NCBI GenBank assembly: GCA_963815195.1
Contig: CAWFGE010000013.1
Location: forward strand, 384,001 to 448,000
Direction of reading: 5' to 3'
Length of the DNA: 64,000 nucleotides
From: an uncultured Planctomycetaceae bacterium
GTDB lineage: Bacteria; Planctomycetota; Planctomycetia; Planctomycetales; Planctomycetaceae
Below, piece after piece: positions 31,804 to 40,605 of the stretch (positions within the stretch are counted from its first letter, which is position 1; each line of letters opens with the position of its first letter). The position numbers were made by a program, and so were the translations under genes. Under the pieces are notes generated by a model. It saw nothing but the letters and a program-made list of their open reading frames with translations, was not told the origin of the DNA and searched no databases.

Positions 31804-34800
31804 TCAGTGTTTCATCACCACGTCGTCGAAGCACATCAGCGCGTTGGCGACCGAAGCGGCCGCCGCGAGCCGGAGTTTGTCCGTTTTGGGATTCACCGGG
31901 GCATCTCCGATTCTGAGATAGCTTTCGATGCGCCCGGGGTCTTCTTGAAAGTACGCCTGCTGCTTTTCGAAGAGTTTCACAAGCACCTGAAGTTCCCGCT
32001 CGGTCGGCTGCCTGCTTGTGAGAGACCGGAAGAGATCGCCGAGCAACTTCTCGGTGTCGTCTCCATTTTTTTGAAGCATCCGCTCCGCCAGGACGCGGGC
32101 GGCTTCCACGAATTGCGGGCCGTTCATCAGCACGAACGTTTGCAGCGGCGTCGCGGTTCTCTCCCGGCGGACCCGGCACACATCCCGCTTCGAGGCGTCC
32201 AAGGTCATCATCACCGGAGCCGGCCCGGTGCGCTTCCAGTAGGTGTAAAGGCTCCGCCGATAAAGCCCTTCCCCCTTCTGCCGGCCCACGGGCTTGAAGG
32301 AGACTTCCACTTCGTAGGGTCGCGCCGGCGGGCCGCCGATGCGGTTCACCAAGAGGCCGCTCGTAGCGAGGGCATTGTCGCGGAGCATTTCCGCCGGCAA
32401 TCGCAGGGAAGACATGCGGGCCAATAACCGGTTCTCCGGATCGCGGGCGATGAGTTCCTGGGATGTTTTGGAAGACTGTTGATAGGTCGCGGACATCGCG
32501 ATCTGTTTGAGCAGCCGCTTCACGTCCCAGCCGTGCGCCACAAAATCCCGCGCCAGCCAATCCAACAGTTTCGGATGCGTGGGCGGTTCGCCTTGCCGGC
32601 CGAAATCTTCCGGCGTTCGCACCAGGCCTTGTCCGAACATCATCTGCCAAAACCGATTGACCGCGACGCGGGCCGTCAGCGGATGATCGGGCCGCGTCAA
32701 CCAGCGGGCGAGTCCCAAGCGGTTTCGCGGGGCGTCTTCCGGGAACGGCGGAAAAACCTCCGGCGTCCGCGCTTCCACGCGCTCGCCCCGCGCATTGTAC
32801 GCTCCGCGTGTGAGCACATAGGTCGGCCTGCGTTTCTCCAATTCCCGCATGACCATGATCTCCGTGAGACCGTCTTCGAGCTTCGCGCGCTCTTCGCGGA
32901 GTTTTTTCAGCGTCCTCGCGCTCGGCCGCTGCCCTCGGATCGACGGTGGAAAGATAATACTCATACAGCCCATTTCGCTTGGGTCCTCCTGCATCTTGAA
33001 TCGCGGCGGAGAGACTCTTGCCGTCGTGAAGCTGCGCGATCTCCAATCCCGTCAATTGGCGATGGAAGACCTGGAATTCATCGACCAGGCCGTCTTTAAA
33101 ACCGCGGTCGCGGAAGCGTTCGCCGATGGTGATGTTGTCGCCCCCGCCGCCGGTGATGTTCTTGTCAAGATGATCGCGAACCACTTCGCAATCGGCGGGT
33201 TGGCCGTTGATAAAGAGCTTCAAGCCGCCCGCTCGGCTGGAGCCGTCGTAGGTCATCGCCACGTGGAGCCAACGCTTCGTCGGGATCGGTTCGCGGGTGC
33301 GGATGCGAATCGCGTTGCCGGGCCAGAAGTGAATCAGCGAAGCGCTCAAGCGGCCGTCTTCGATCAAGAGTTGATAGCCCCGGCTGCCGGCGTCGGTCCA
33401 AGCCCGCGAGCGGTGAAATATCACGGCCCGCTCCTTGACATCCGGCGTGTTCATCCACAGGGCCACGCTGAACGGTTCGAATCGGCGAAAGTTCCCGACC
33501 TCAAGGCCAATCCCATCATCGCCCGTCAACCGCACCGCTTGCCCCACTTTGCCGGGCACCGCTTTGTTCGCTCCGCTTTTAGAATCCTCAAAATCCAGAT
33601 GAGCGATCCGGCCGGGGATGTCCGGTTTCGGCGAGGTTTCGCGCCAGGCTTCAAACGCTTCCCGCCGCTGTTTCGCGAGAGCGGTGAGCCTGGTCTCGGC
33701 TTCGTTGATCCGGCTTTGCTTTGCGGCGAGTTTTTGTTTGGTGGCATCGTCCATCATCCGCAGCGTGGGCGTGGGGACGGAGGAGGTGAAATACGAATAC
33801 AGCCCCGCTTCGTCGATGTTGTCGAAAAACGCCGAGAACTGGTAATACTCCTTCTGCGCGATCGGATCGAACTTGTGATCGTGGCATCGGCAGCATTCGA
33901 GCGTGAGGCCCAGAAACGCGGTGCCGAAGGTCTGCGTGCGGTCCGCGACGTATTCGATGCGGAACTCCTCCGGCACGCTGCCGCCTTCGACTTTTTGCGG
34001 ATGCAGCCGGTTGAACGTGGTCGCCAGGATTTGATCGTCCGTGGCGTTCGGCAGCAAATCGCCCGCCAGTCTGCTCGGTGATGAACTCATCATAAGGCAG
34101 GTTCCGGTTGAAGGCCCGGATCACCCAATCCCGCCACGGCCACACGAAGCGGTCGCGGTCCACTTGATAGCCATAGGTGTCGCTGTAGCGGGCCGCGTCC
34201 AGCCAATCCGCGGCGAGCCGTTCGCCAAATCGCTCCGACTGAAGCAAGCGATCGACCAGCCGCTCGTAAGCCTTCGGGGAATCGTCCTTCAAGAACTCAT
34301 CCAACTCTTCCAAAGTCGGCGGCAAGCCGGTGAGGTCGAAAGACACCCGGCGGATCAACCGTTCCCGGCTCGCTGGTTCGGATGGCGTTAAACCAGCCTG
34401 TTCAATGCGAGACAAGATGAACGCATCAATTTCGTTCTGTCCCCACTTCTGGTTTTTGACCGAGGGAACCGCTGGAGCCCGCGGCGGATTGAAGGCCCAG
34501 TGATCCTGCCACTTTGCCCCCTGCTCGATCCAGCGTTTGATGAGTTGGATTTCCTCTTTCGTCAGCGAGAGTTTGGATTTCGGCGGCGGCATCCGTTCGG
34601 CCGGGTCGTCGCTGGTAATCCGCCGGAAGAGTTCGCTTTCGTCAGGTTTGCCCGGGATGATCGCGTAATCCTTGGCGTCGGCTTCCAGGTCCAACCGCAA
34701 ATCCGCCTGGCGTTTGTTGGCGTCCGGACCGTGGCACAGAAAACAGCGGTCCGACAAAATCGGCTGAATCTGCGCATCGAAATCGACGGGTTCCTCGGCC

Positions 34801-34868
34801 AGCGCGAACGCCGGAATCGCGAAACCCATCACAAAGGCAAAACTCAAGGCGAACGACTTCAATGCCAA
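31804..34868 (-). CDS. Planctomycete cytochrome c + DUF1549 + LamG + DUF1553 protein; apparent frameshifts near 34071 and 32930
   Basis: CFLCH and [11 protein letters not shown] heme motifs, [63 protein letters not shown]. Confidence 0.88.
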
Positions 34869-35099
34869 AACACTCCGGTTCTCAAAGGGAAAAACTGGTC
34901 TCCCACTATGTTCAAGCCTGGCCGAAAAAATAGCAAGCGACGCAATCGGGGCGAACCAACCGCCGGCTACCGGGATTCTCTGAGAATCCCCAAATTTGCG
35001 TGAAAAACCGCCGACCGCAGCGGCAGGGGCCCCGCGCACTCGCTATGATTCTCCAGATGACGGCCTGTCCCTCTTCCTTCTCCAGACAAGAAAGATGAC

Positions 35100-36428
35100 A
35101 TGAAGTCGGCATTGGAACAGTCTCCTCAAGACGTCGCCGGGAGTTTTCGCGAACGTTATCGCGCGATTCGCCGGTTCACCGAGGAATTGACGAAGGGCCT
35201 CAGCCCCGAGGATTGCGTCGTGCAATCGATGCCCGACGCCAGCCCCGCGAAATGGCACCTGGCCCATACGACGTGGTTTTTCGAAACGTTTTTGCTCCAA
35301 GAATACCGGCCGAACTATCGAGCCTTTCATCCGCGGTATTCGTATCTGTTCAACTCGTATTACAACGCCGTGGGCGAGCGGCACCCGCGGCCGGGGCGGG
35401 GTTTGCTCACGCGTCCTTCGTTTGCCGAAGTGATGGAATACCGCGCCGCTGTCGATGAGGCGATGGACGCGATCTGGGATTTGTTGGCGTTGGAGGAGGT
35501 GCGGCGGATCATCGAAACGGGTCTGCACCACGAACAACAGCATCAAGAATTGCTCCTCACGGACATCAAACATTTGCTCGCGCAGAATCCGCTCCGGTCC
35601 GCGGTTGCGGATTGTCAACCGCCGGCCGACTGCGATGGGTACTGCCCGCTCGAATGGATCGAGCCGCCGGCCGGGTTGATCGAAATCGGACATCCCGGCG
35701 GCGAGTTTTGCTTCGACAACGAGACGCCCCGGCATCGCGTGCATCTGGAGCGATTTGAACTCGGTTCGCGGCTGGCGACGAACGGGGAGTATTTGGAGTT
35801 TATGGAAGATGGCGGATACCGCCGGCCGGAGCTTTGGCTGTCGGACGGATGGGATCAGGTCGAGGCCCGAAGCTGGCGGGCTCCGCTGTATTGGGAAACA
35901 GGCGAGAGCGGCTGGCGGCAATTCACGCTTGCCGGGATGAAGCCGGTGGCGAAGCACGAACCGGTCTGCCACCTCAGCTATTACGAGGCGGACGCGTTCG
36001 CCCGCTGGTCCGGGGCGAGATTGCCCACGGAAGCCGAGTGGGAAGCCGCCGCCCAAACGCAGCCGATCGCGGGACACTTCGCCGACTCGCGGCGGTTTCA
36101 CCCGGCCGGTTTGGGGGCGATGTTTTTCGATGACGCCCAAGTCTCCGCCTCCGAATTCTCCGCCTTTGACGCCTGCCGGCAAATGTTCGGGGATGTCTGG
36201 GAGTGGACCCAAAGCCCGTACACGGCCTATCCCGGTTATCGCCCGCCCGCGGGAGCGCTCGGGGAATACAACGGGAAATTTATGTGCAACCAAATGGTGC
36301 TGCGGGGCGGCTCGTGCGCGACGCCCGAGTCCCACATCCGCGCCAGCTACCGGAATTTCTTCAAACCCGAAGCCCGCTGGCAATTCACCGGTCTCCGGCT
36401 GGCCCGCGATGACTGCTCGGCAAGATAA
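35100..36428 (+). CDS. egtB: Ergothioneine biosynthesis sulfoxide synthase EgtB
   Basis: QSMPDASPAKWHLAHTTWFFETF, HHEQQHQELLLTD iron-binding His motifs, FGE domain RLPTEAEWE, GEYNGKFM, VLRGGS. Confidence 0.92.
   Translation: MKSALEQSPQDVAGSFRERYRAIRRFTEELTKGLSPEDCVVQSMPDASPAKWHLAHTTWFFETFLLQEYRPNYRAFHPRYSYLFNSYYNAVGERHPRPGRGLLTRPSFAEVMEYRAAVDEAMDAIWDLLALEEVRRIIETGLHHEQQHQELLLTDIKHLLAQNPLRSAVADCQPPADCDGYCPLEWIEPPAGLIEIGHPGGEFCFDNETPRHRVHLERFELGSRLATNGEYLEFMEDGGYRRPELWLSDGWDQVEARSWRAPLYWETGESGWRQFTLAGMKPVAKHEPVCHLSYYEADAFARWSGARLPTEAEWEAAAQTQPIAGHFADSRRFHPAGLGAMFFDDAQVSASEFSAFDACRQMFGDVWEWTQSPYTAYPGYRPPAGALGEYNGKFMCNQMVLRGGSCATPESHIRASYRNFFKPEARWQFTGLRLARDDCSAR
36349..36410 (+). repeat. 62-bp direct repeat, copy 1 (3' end of egtB)
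   Basis: Identical to 37000-37061 by base-by-base comparison. Confidence 0.93.
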
Positions 36429-36504
36429 TTCATGCGGAAATATTTTTCCCGACCGCATACAATTGGTTGAGAGATGCGAAAAGCAGTTCGGCAAGAGGAA
36501 GAGC

Positions 36505-36999
36505 ATGTATCAAGAGAAACGACCAACGTGCGTGACGGTGATCGGTTGGTCGTGGATCATCATTGGTGGTCTGATGTGTCTCTCCGCCATCACGGCAATT
36601 CTCAGTTGGGTCGTATTTGGCCAATTGGCACAAGATGATCCAGACACGCCGTTCATCTTCAAGATCTACCCGTTGATTGCCCTCCTTCAAGTCGGCATAG
36701 GCGTCCTTGGCCTCGTTTCAGGAATGAACTTTCTCAAGCTCAAGCCCTGGGCTCGCTACGGACTTCAAGTTCTGACCGGGCTTCTCCTTGTCTTTGTTCT
36801 GGGCTTCATGGTTTTTTGGGAATTTAGCTGGGTTTCCATGACCTCCAACCACGATCCCCCTGGCTTCGGGATCATGGGGGCCGTCATGGGCGTCCTGATC
36901 ACGGGAATCTATGGAGTTCCACTCGGCATCATGCTGAAATACCTAAGAGGACCGCAGGTTAGGAACGCCATCAGCGGAACAGCCGAGCAAACGCATTGA
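36505..36999 (+). CDS. Four-TM hypothetical membrane protein, cassette-like insert
   Basis: GAGGAAG RBS before ATG 36505; RPTCVTVIG N-terminus; four hydrophobic segments; visibly less GC-rich than its flanks. Confidence 0.8.
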   Translation: MYQEKRPTCVTVIGWSWIIIGGLMCLSAITAILSWVVFGQLAQDDPDTPFIFKIYPLIALLQVGIGVLGLVSGMNFLKLKPWARYGLQVLTGLLLVFVLGFMVFWEFSWVSMTSNHDPPGFGIMGAVMGVLITGIYGVPLGIMLKYLRGPQVRNAISGTAEQTH

Positions 37000-37061
37000 A
37001 CCGGAATTTCTTCAAACCCGAAGCCCGCTGGCAATTCACCGGTCTCCGGCTGGCCCGCGAT
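37000..37061 (+). repeat. 62-bp direct repeat, copy 2 (displaced egtB 3' end)
   Basis: Identical to 36349-36410; continues to an in-register TGA at 37077-37079. Confidence 0.93.
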
Positions 37062-37207
37062 CTTGCCTCGGCACAATGAGTCCCGGTTTTTCTAGACGCC
37101 CGTATAACCCTTCGGAAACTTCGTCTAGGTGTCGTTCGCGGGATTGCGTAACATAACCGGCCGGCAAAATCTTCACCCTGCGAACATCTCAGCGTAAGGA
37201 TCCGTTT

Positions 37208-37882
37208 GTGTCTTCTCCTCATCCTGGAGAATCTCGACCCGCGCCCCAGGATTTCCCTCATCGGCGCTGGATGCTGTGGGGATTCGGTCTGTTGATCGCC
37301 TTCGGGCTCGGCGGGGCGGGTTATTGGTGGAGCCTCAACAAATACGAATACATCCCCAAGCGCTGGGGCGTCGTCGTGCCGGGGAAGATCTACCGCAGCG
37401 GTCAGCTCACGCCTCGGGTCTTGGATCGGCAGGTCAGAAAGCACGGGATCACGACGATCATCGATCTGCAGCTTAATGACATTCACGATCCCAACCAGCA
37501 GGCGGAAATCCGCTACGCCGCGGAGCATCACCTCAAGCATGTTCGCTTCCCGCTCGGGGGCGACGGCACGGGAGAATTGACGAGCTACGCGGGTGCCGTC
37601 TCGCTGCTGATCGAGTGCGAACGGCGGAACGAACCCGTGCTCGTGCACTGTGCCGCGGGCACGCAGCGGACCGGAGGCGTCGTGGCGTGCTACCGGCTTC
37701 TGGTCGAAAACGCCGACCCGCGTGAAGTCATTGCGGAACTCAAAGCCTACGAGTGGAAACCGCAGGGCGACGCCGTGTTGCTCGGCTACCTCAACGACCG
37801 CTTGCCCCAACTCGCGAGTGTATTAGTCGAACGCGGCAGCCTGGCCGAGATTCCCGCGTCGATTCCGCATCTGAGCGAATAA
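37208..37882 (+). CDS. Protein tyrosine/dual-specificity phosphatase family protein with N-terminal TM anchor
   Basis: IYRSGQ, IIDL, CX5R loop VLVHCAAGTQRTG. Confidence 0.88.
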   Translation: MSSPHPGESRPAPQDFPHRRWMLWGFGLLIAFGLGGAGYWWSLNKYEYIPKRWGVVVPGKIYRSGQLTPRVLDRQVRKHGITTIIDLQLNDIHDPNQQAEIRYAAEHHLKHVRFPLGGDGTGELTSYAGAVSLLIECERRNEPVLVHCAAGTQRTGGVVACYRLLVENADPREVIAELKAYEWKPQGDAVLLGYLNDRLPQLASVLVERGSLAEIPASIPHLSE

Positions 37883-39309
37883 CCGCCGCCGTCATTCGGG
37901 CGTTTTGATTTCGCGCTCTTCGCGGACGTCTCCGTGGGCTCCGTCGTCGAAAGTTTCAATCGGAAACAGGTTTTGCCGTCGTCGCGGCTCCAATCGAGCG
38001 AACCTTGGTGATCGAGGGCGACCTGATGGGCCAACGCCAGGCCGAAGCCCACGCCTTCGGGTTTGCCGGTGATGAACACGTCGAATATCCGCTCGCCAAG
38101 TTCGGCCGGCGGACCGGGGCCGGTGTCCAAGACTTCAAAGACCAGCCGGCCGGGAGCCGCGGTCCCTTTGAGGTCCACTTCGCCGCCCGCGCCCGCGGCT
38201 TCAATGGCATTGAGCGCCAAGTTGAGCACGGCGGTCCGCACCCGCTCCGAATCCGCGACCGTGCTGTTCTCCCGCGTGGCTTCCGCCTCGAAGTGGAGCG
38301 CGTGATGAAACGCCACGCCCGCGTGCTTTGAGACCGGCCCGACCAAGGTGGCGATTTCTTCCACGAGGGATTTAACGTCCCGCCGAATCGGCCTGCGCTG
38401 TTCGGGTTTGCCGACCGAAAGCAGACCGCGAATCTGCTCCTCGGTCAGTTCGAGCTGTCGCAGCGCGACGCTCAAACTGTCGTCGGCCGCGAGCGTGCAA
38501 CGCTTGGCGTGGATTTGCACGGCCATGCGGGCACCGGTGATGGCGTTTCGCAATTGATGGGCCAGCCCGCCCGCCAGTTGTCCCAGGACGCGGGTTTGCT
38601 CCGTCTGGCGGATCGTTTCCCGCATCTCGCGCAATTGCCGGCTCATTTGGTTGACGGAGCCGGACAACTCGTGGATTTCATCGTTTCGGGCATCCTGCGG
38701 GAGTTGGCGGAAATCGCCACTGGCGATCGCGGCGACTTGTTCCTGCAGCCTGCGGATCCGGCCGCTCATTCGGCCCGCGAGCCAGGCCGAGACGACGACC
38801 ATCAATCCCAACGTGACGCCGCCCACGACCAGGGGCGGCAAAATCGCGTCCGTGCGGGCTTCCCGCCAGCGGGCTTCGGGATACAGCACCAACAAAGCGT
38901 CGGCCCGCGTGGAGGGGTTCAGCCGGGTGATGAGCGAGGCGAAATACCGCTGATCGTCGAGCGTGGTGGTGGACGCGTTCGCAAAGGATTCGATCCGTCC
39001 GTGCTGCTCGATCCGGGAAACGCGGTCCCACGAGAAGTTGTCGCCCTGCAGCGTGCCGGCCATCATGCGGCCGCCGGAATCGTACGCCACGAACTCGGCC
39101 CCCGACAGGCCGCGCATCTGCTCGAGCACGTTTTGCGAAAACGGAAACCGGGATCGGCCCAGCGTGTCGATTACGCGGTTGAGCTGCTCGACGGTGATTT
39201 CGGTGCTCCGCCGGGCCGCGAGCCACGCCGACGAAACCGACGTCACCGCCACCGCCACGAGCAAAATGGCTCCGAACGGCACGAGCCACTGGAAACGAAT
39301 CGACGACAT
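37786..39309 (-). CDS. Sensor histidine kinase (2 TM, HAMP, HisKA, HATPase); true stop may lie earlier, near 37890
   Basis: H-box LAHQLRNAITG, N-box NLALNAIEA, DTGPG, F-box, GVGFGL; 3' end overlaps the convergent phosphatase gene. Confidence 0.9.
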   Translation of the reverse strand: MSSIRFQWLVPFGAILLVAVAVTSVSSAWLAARRSTEITVEQLNRVIDTLGRSRFPFSQNVLEQMRGLSGAEFVAYDSGGRMMAGTLQGDNFSWDRVSRIEQHGRIESFANASTTTLDDQRYFASLITRLNPSTRADALLVLYPEARWREARTDAILPPLVVGGVTLGLMVVVSAWLAGRMSGRIRRLQEQVAAIASGDFRQLPQDARNDEIHELSGSVNQMSRQLREMRETIRQTEQTRVLGQLAGGLAHQLRNAITGARMAVQIHAKRCTLAADDSLSVALRQLELTEEQIRGLLSVGKPEQRRPIRRDVKSLVEEIATLVGPVSKHAGVAFHHALHFEAEATRENSTVADSERVRTAVLNLALNAIEAAGAGGEVDLKGTAAPGRLVFEVLDTGPGPPAELGERIFDVFITGKPEGVGFGLALAHQVALDHQGSLDWSRDDGKTCFRLKLSTTEPTETSAKSAKSKRPNDGGGYSLRCGIDAGISARLPRSTNTLASWGKRSLR

Positions 39310-39451
39310 GAGATTCTCCCACGAACGAAATCTCCAAGGTGATAGAGATATGCTAAATCCCCGCCGGGAAATCCGGAATCCGAATGTCCAAATCAATCCG
39401 AAACAAATCCCGATGAGCGAAATTGCAAGCTCAGTGCTTCCAAAAAGGCCT

Positions 39452-39518
39452 GAGCCGCGCACGAAGTAAGCGGTGTTGCGTTTGAATCCCTGAAAACCGC
39501 TTCCTTCGTGCGCGGCTC
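39452..39518. repeat. REP family B inverted pair
   Basis: GAGCCGCGCACGAAGTAAGCGGT and ACCGCTTCCTTCGTGCGCGGCTC (one mismatch). Confidence 0.82.
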
Positions 39519-39674
39519 TCCAAACCAGTTTCTTGAGCTTTTTGGGAAGTCAATTTCGTGCTTCGGATTTCCCAGGGGCATGTTGCCAAAAAACAACGGA
39601 TTCGCGAAACCCCAGCATCATGCGCTCGGGGCGACGCATTGACGGGCGAGGTCCCGGAATCGGCAAAATACCCT

Positions 39675-39702
39675 TTGACATGCCTTGGCGACATGTCATT
39701 AT
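39675..39702 (+). promoter_or_regulatory. Candidate sigma70-type promoter overlapped by the palindrome TGACATG-N9-CATGTCA
   Basis: TTGACA (39675-39680), 16 nt, CATTAT; upstream of the ORF at 39798. Confidence 0.4.
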
Positions 39703-39797
39703 GAACTTTCAAGAGACGCTGTTTCCCTCGACGAACTTCCGCTCGTGCCCTTCTGAGAGATCATCAACTCGTTCCCACTTCCCTGAGAAAGCACGCC

Positions 39798-40511
39798 ATG
39801 AAACTCATTCCAAGTTGTTGTTTAGGACTCTTGTTGCCGTTGTCCGCGATGGCGCAAGCCCCCGGTGCGAATGCTCCGCAATCGGCCCCCGAATCATCGC
39901 AAACCGCGCCGGTCGATAAAGAACGGCAAAAAAAACTCCACGAGCTGCTCATGAAAGTCCAGGACGAGATCGAACTGGACAACACGCTCCGCGGGATCGC
40001 GTTCACGGGGATCGAACTTGTGAACGACCCGCAAACTCAAGGGCAGGTCATGCAGCTCAAGGGCCGGCTTCTCGATCCCGCCCAGGCCGCCCAATTGAAG
40101 AAACTCGTCGACGATGTGCTGCAAAACGACCAATACTGGTGGGTGGGCAACGGCCCCTTGCCGGTCTCCACGCAGACGATGCAGGTGGCCCCGGGCGACC
40201 CGGCGTTGGCGAACCGGTTTTACGGGATGGCTTTGCAGCATTTTTGGAAGGGGGAATACGCCGAAGCCGACCAGTTGTTCTTCCGGGCGCTCGCCGAAGC
40301 TCCGGCGGATGATGTGCTCCGTTATTGGCGGGCGGTGACGGCGCTTGCCCAGGATCAGACCGAGCGGGCCACGAAAAAACTCGCCCCGCTGACGAAATTC
40401 TATCCGCTCGGCTCCCGCACGCCGATGATCTCGGCCGCCTTCGAACGATTGCAAGGGCCGCTGCGCTGGAAACTGATGTCGCTCGAAAACAAAGTTCTTG
40501 CCTCGATGTAA
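39798..40511 (+). CDS. Secreted hypothetical protein with a TPR-like C-terminal region
   Basis: Signal peptide ..SAMA-Q; FWKGEYAEADQLFFRAL TPR-like helix pair. Confidence 0.72.
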   Translation: MKLIPSCCLGLLLPLSAMAQAPGANAPQSAPESSQTAPVDKERQKKLHELLMKVQDEIELDNTLRGIAFTGIELVNDPQTQGQVMQLKGRLLDPAQAAQLKKLVDDVLQNDQYWWVGNGPLPVSTQTMQVAPGDPALANRFYGMALQHFWKGEYAEADQLFFRALAEAPADDVLRYWRAVTALAQDQTERATKKLAPLTKFYPLGSRTPMISAAFERLQGPLRWKLMSLENKVLASM

Positions 40512-40525
40512 GACGGCGATCGTCG

Positions 40526-40582
40526 GTGGCGGCGGCATTTAGCCGGCGAGGTGTCTCCACGGCGGCAAGAGGCCGCCGCGAC
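40526..40582. repeat. Degenerate REP-like inverted pair between convergent genes
   Basis: GTGGCGGCGGCATTTAGCCGGC and GGCGGCAAGAGGCCGCCGCGAC. Confidence 0.5.
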
Positions 40583-40605
40583 GTTCGTTGCGTCTCGCGA
40601 GTCGC

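Noticed and set aside
31634..32900. Extension of the 819-aa ORF beyond ~32930
   Set aside because: Out-of-frame read of the DUF1553 domain, which is encoded in the 31804-32994 frame.
37786..37882. 97-bp convergent overlap of kinase and phosphatase as a regulatory feature
   Set aside because: The kinase tail is non-domain sequence and a TGA lies in a neighbouring frame near 37893, so this may be another indel or a neutral run-on.
39340..39575. AAATCC/GAAATCCG short repeats as a structured ncRNA
   Set aside because: Degenerate low-complexity repeats around a REP; no RNA family fold could be supported by eye.
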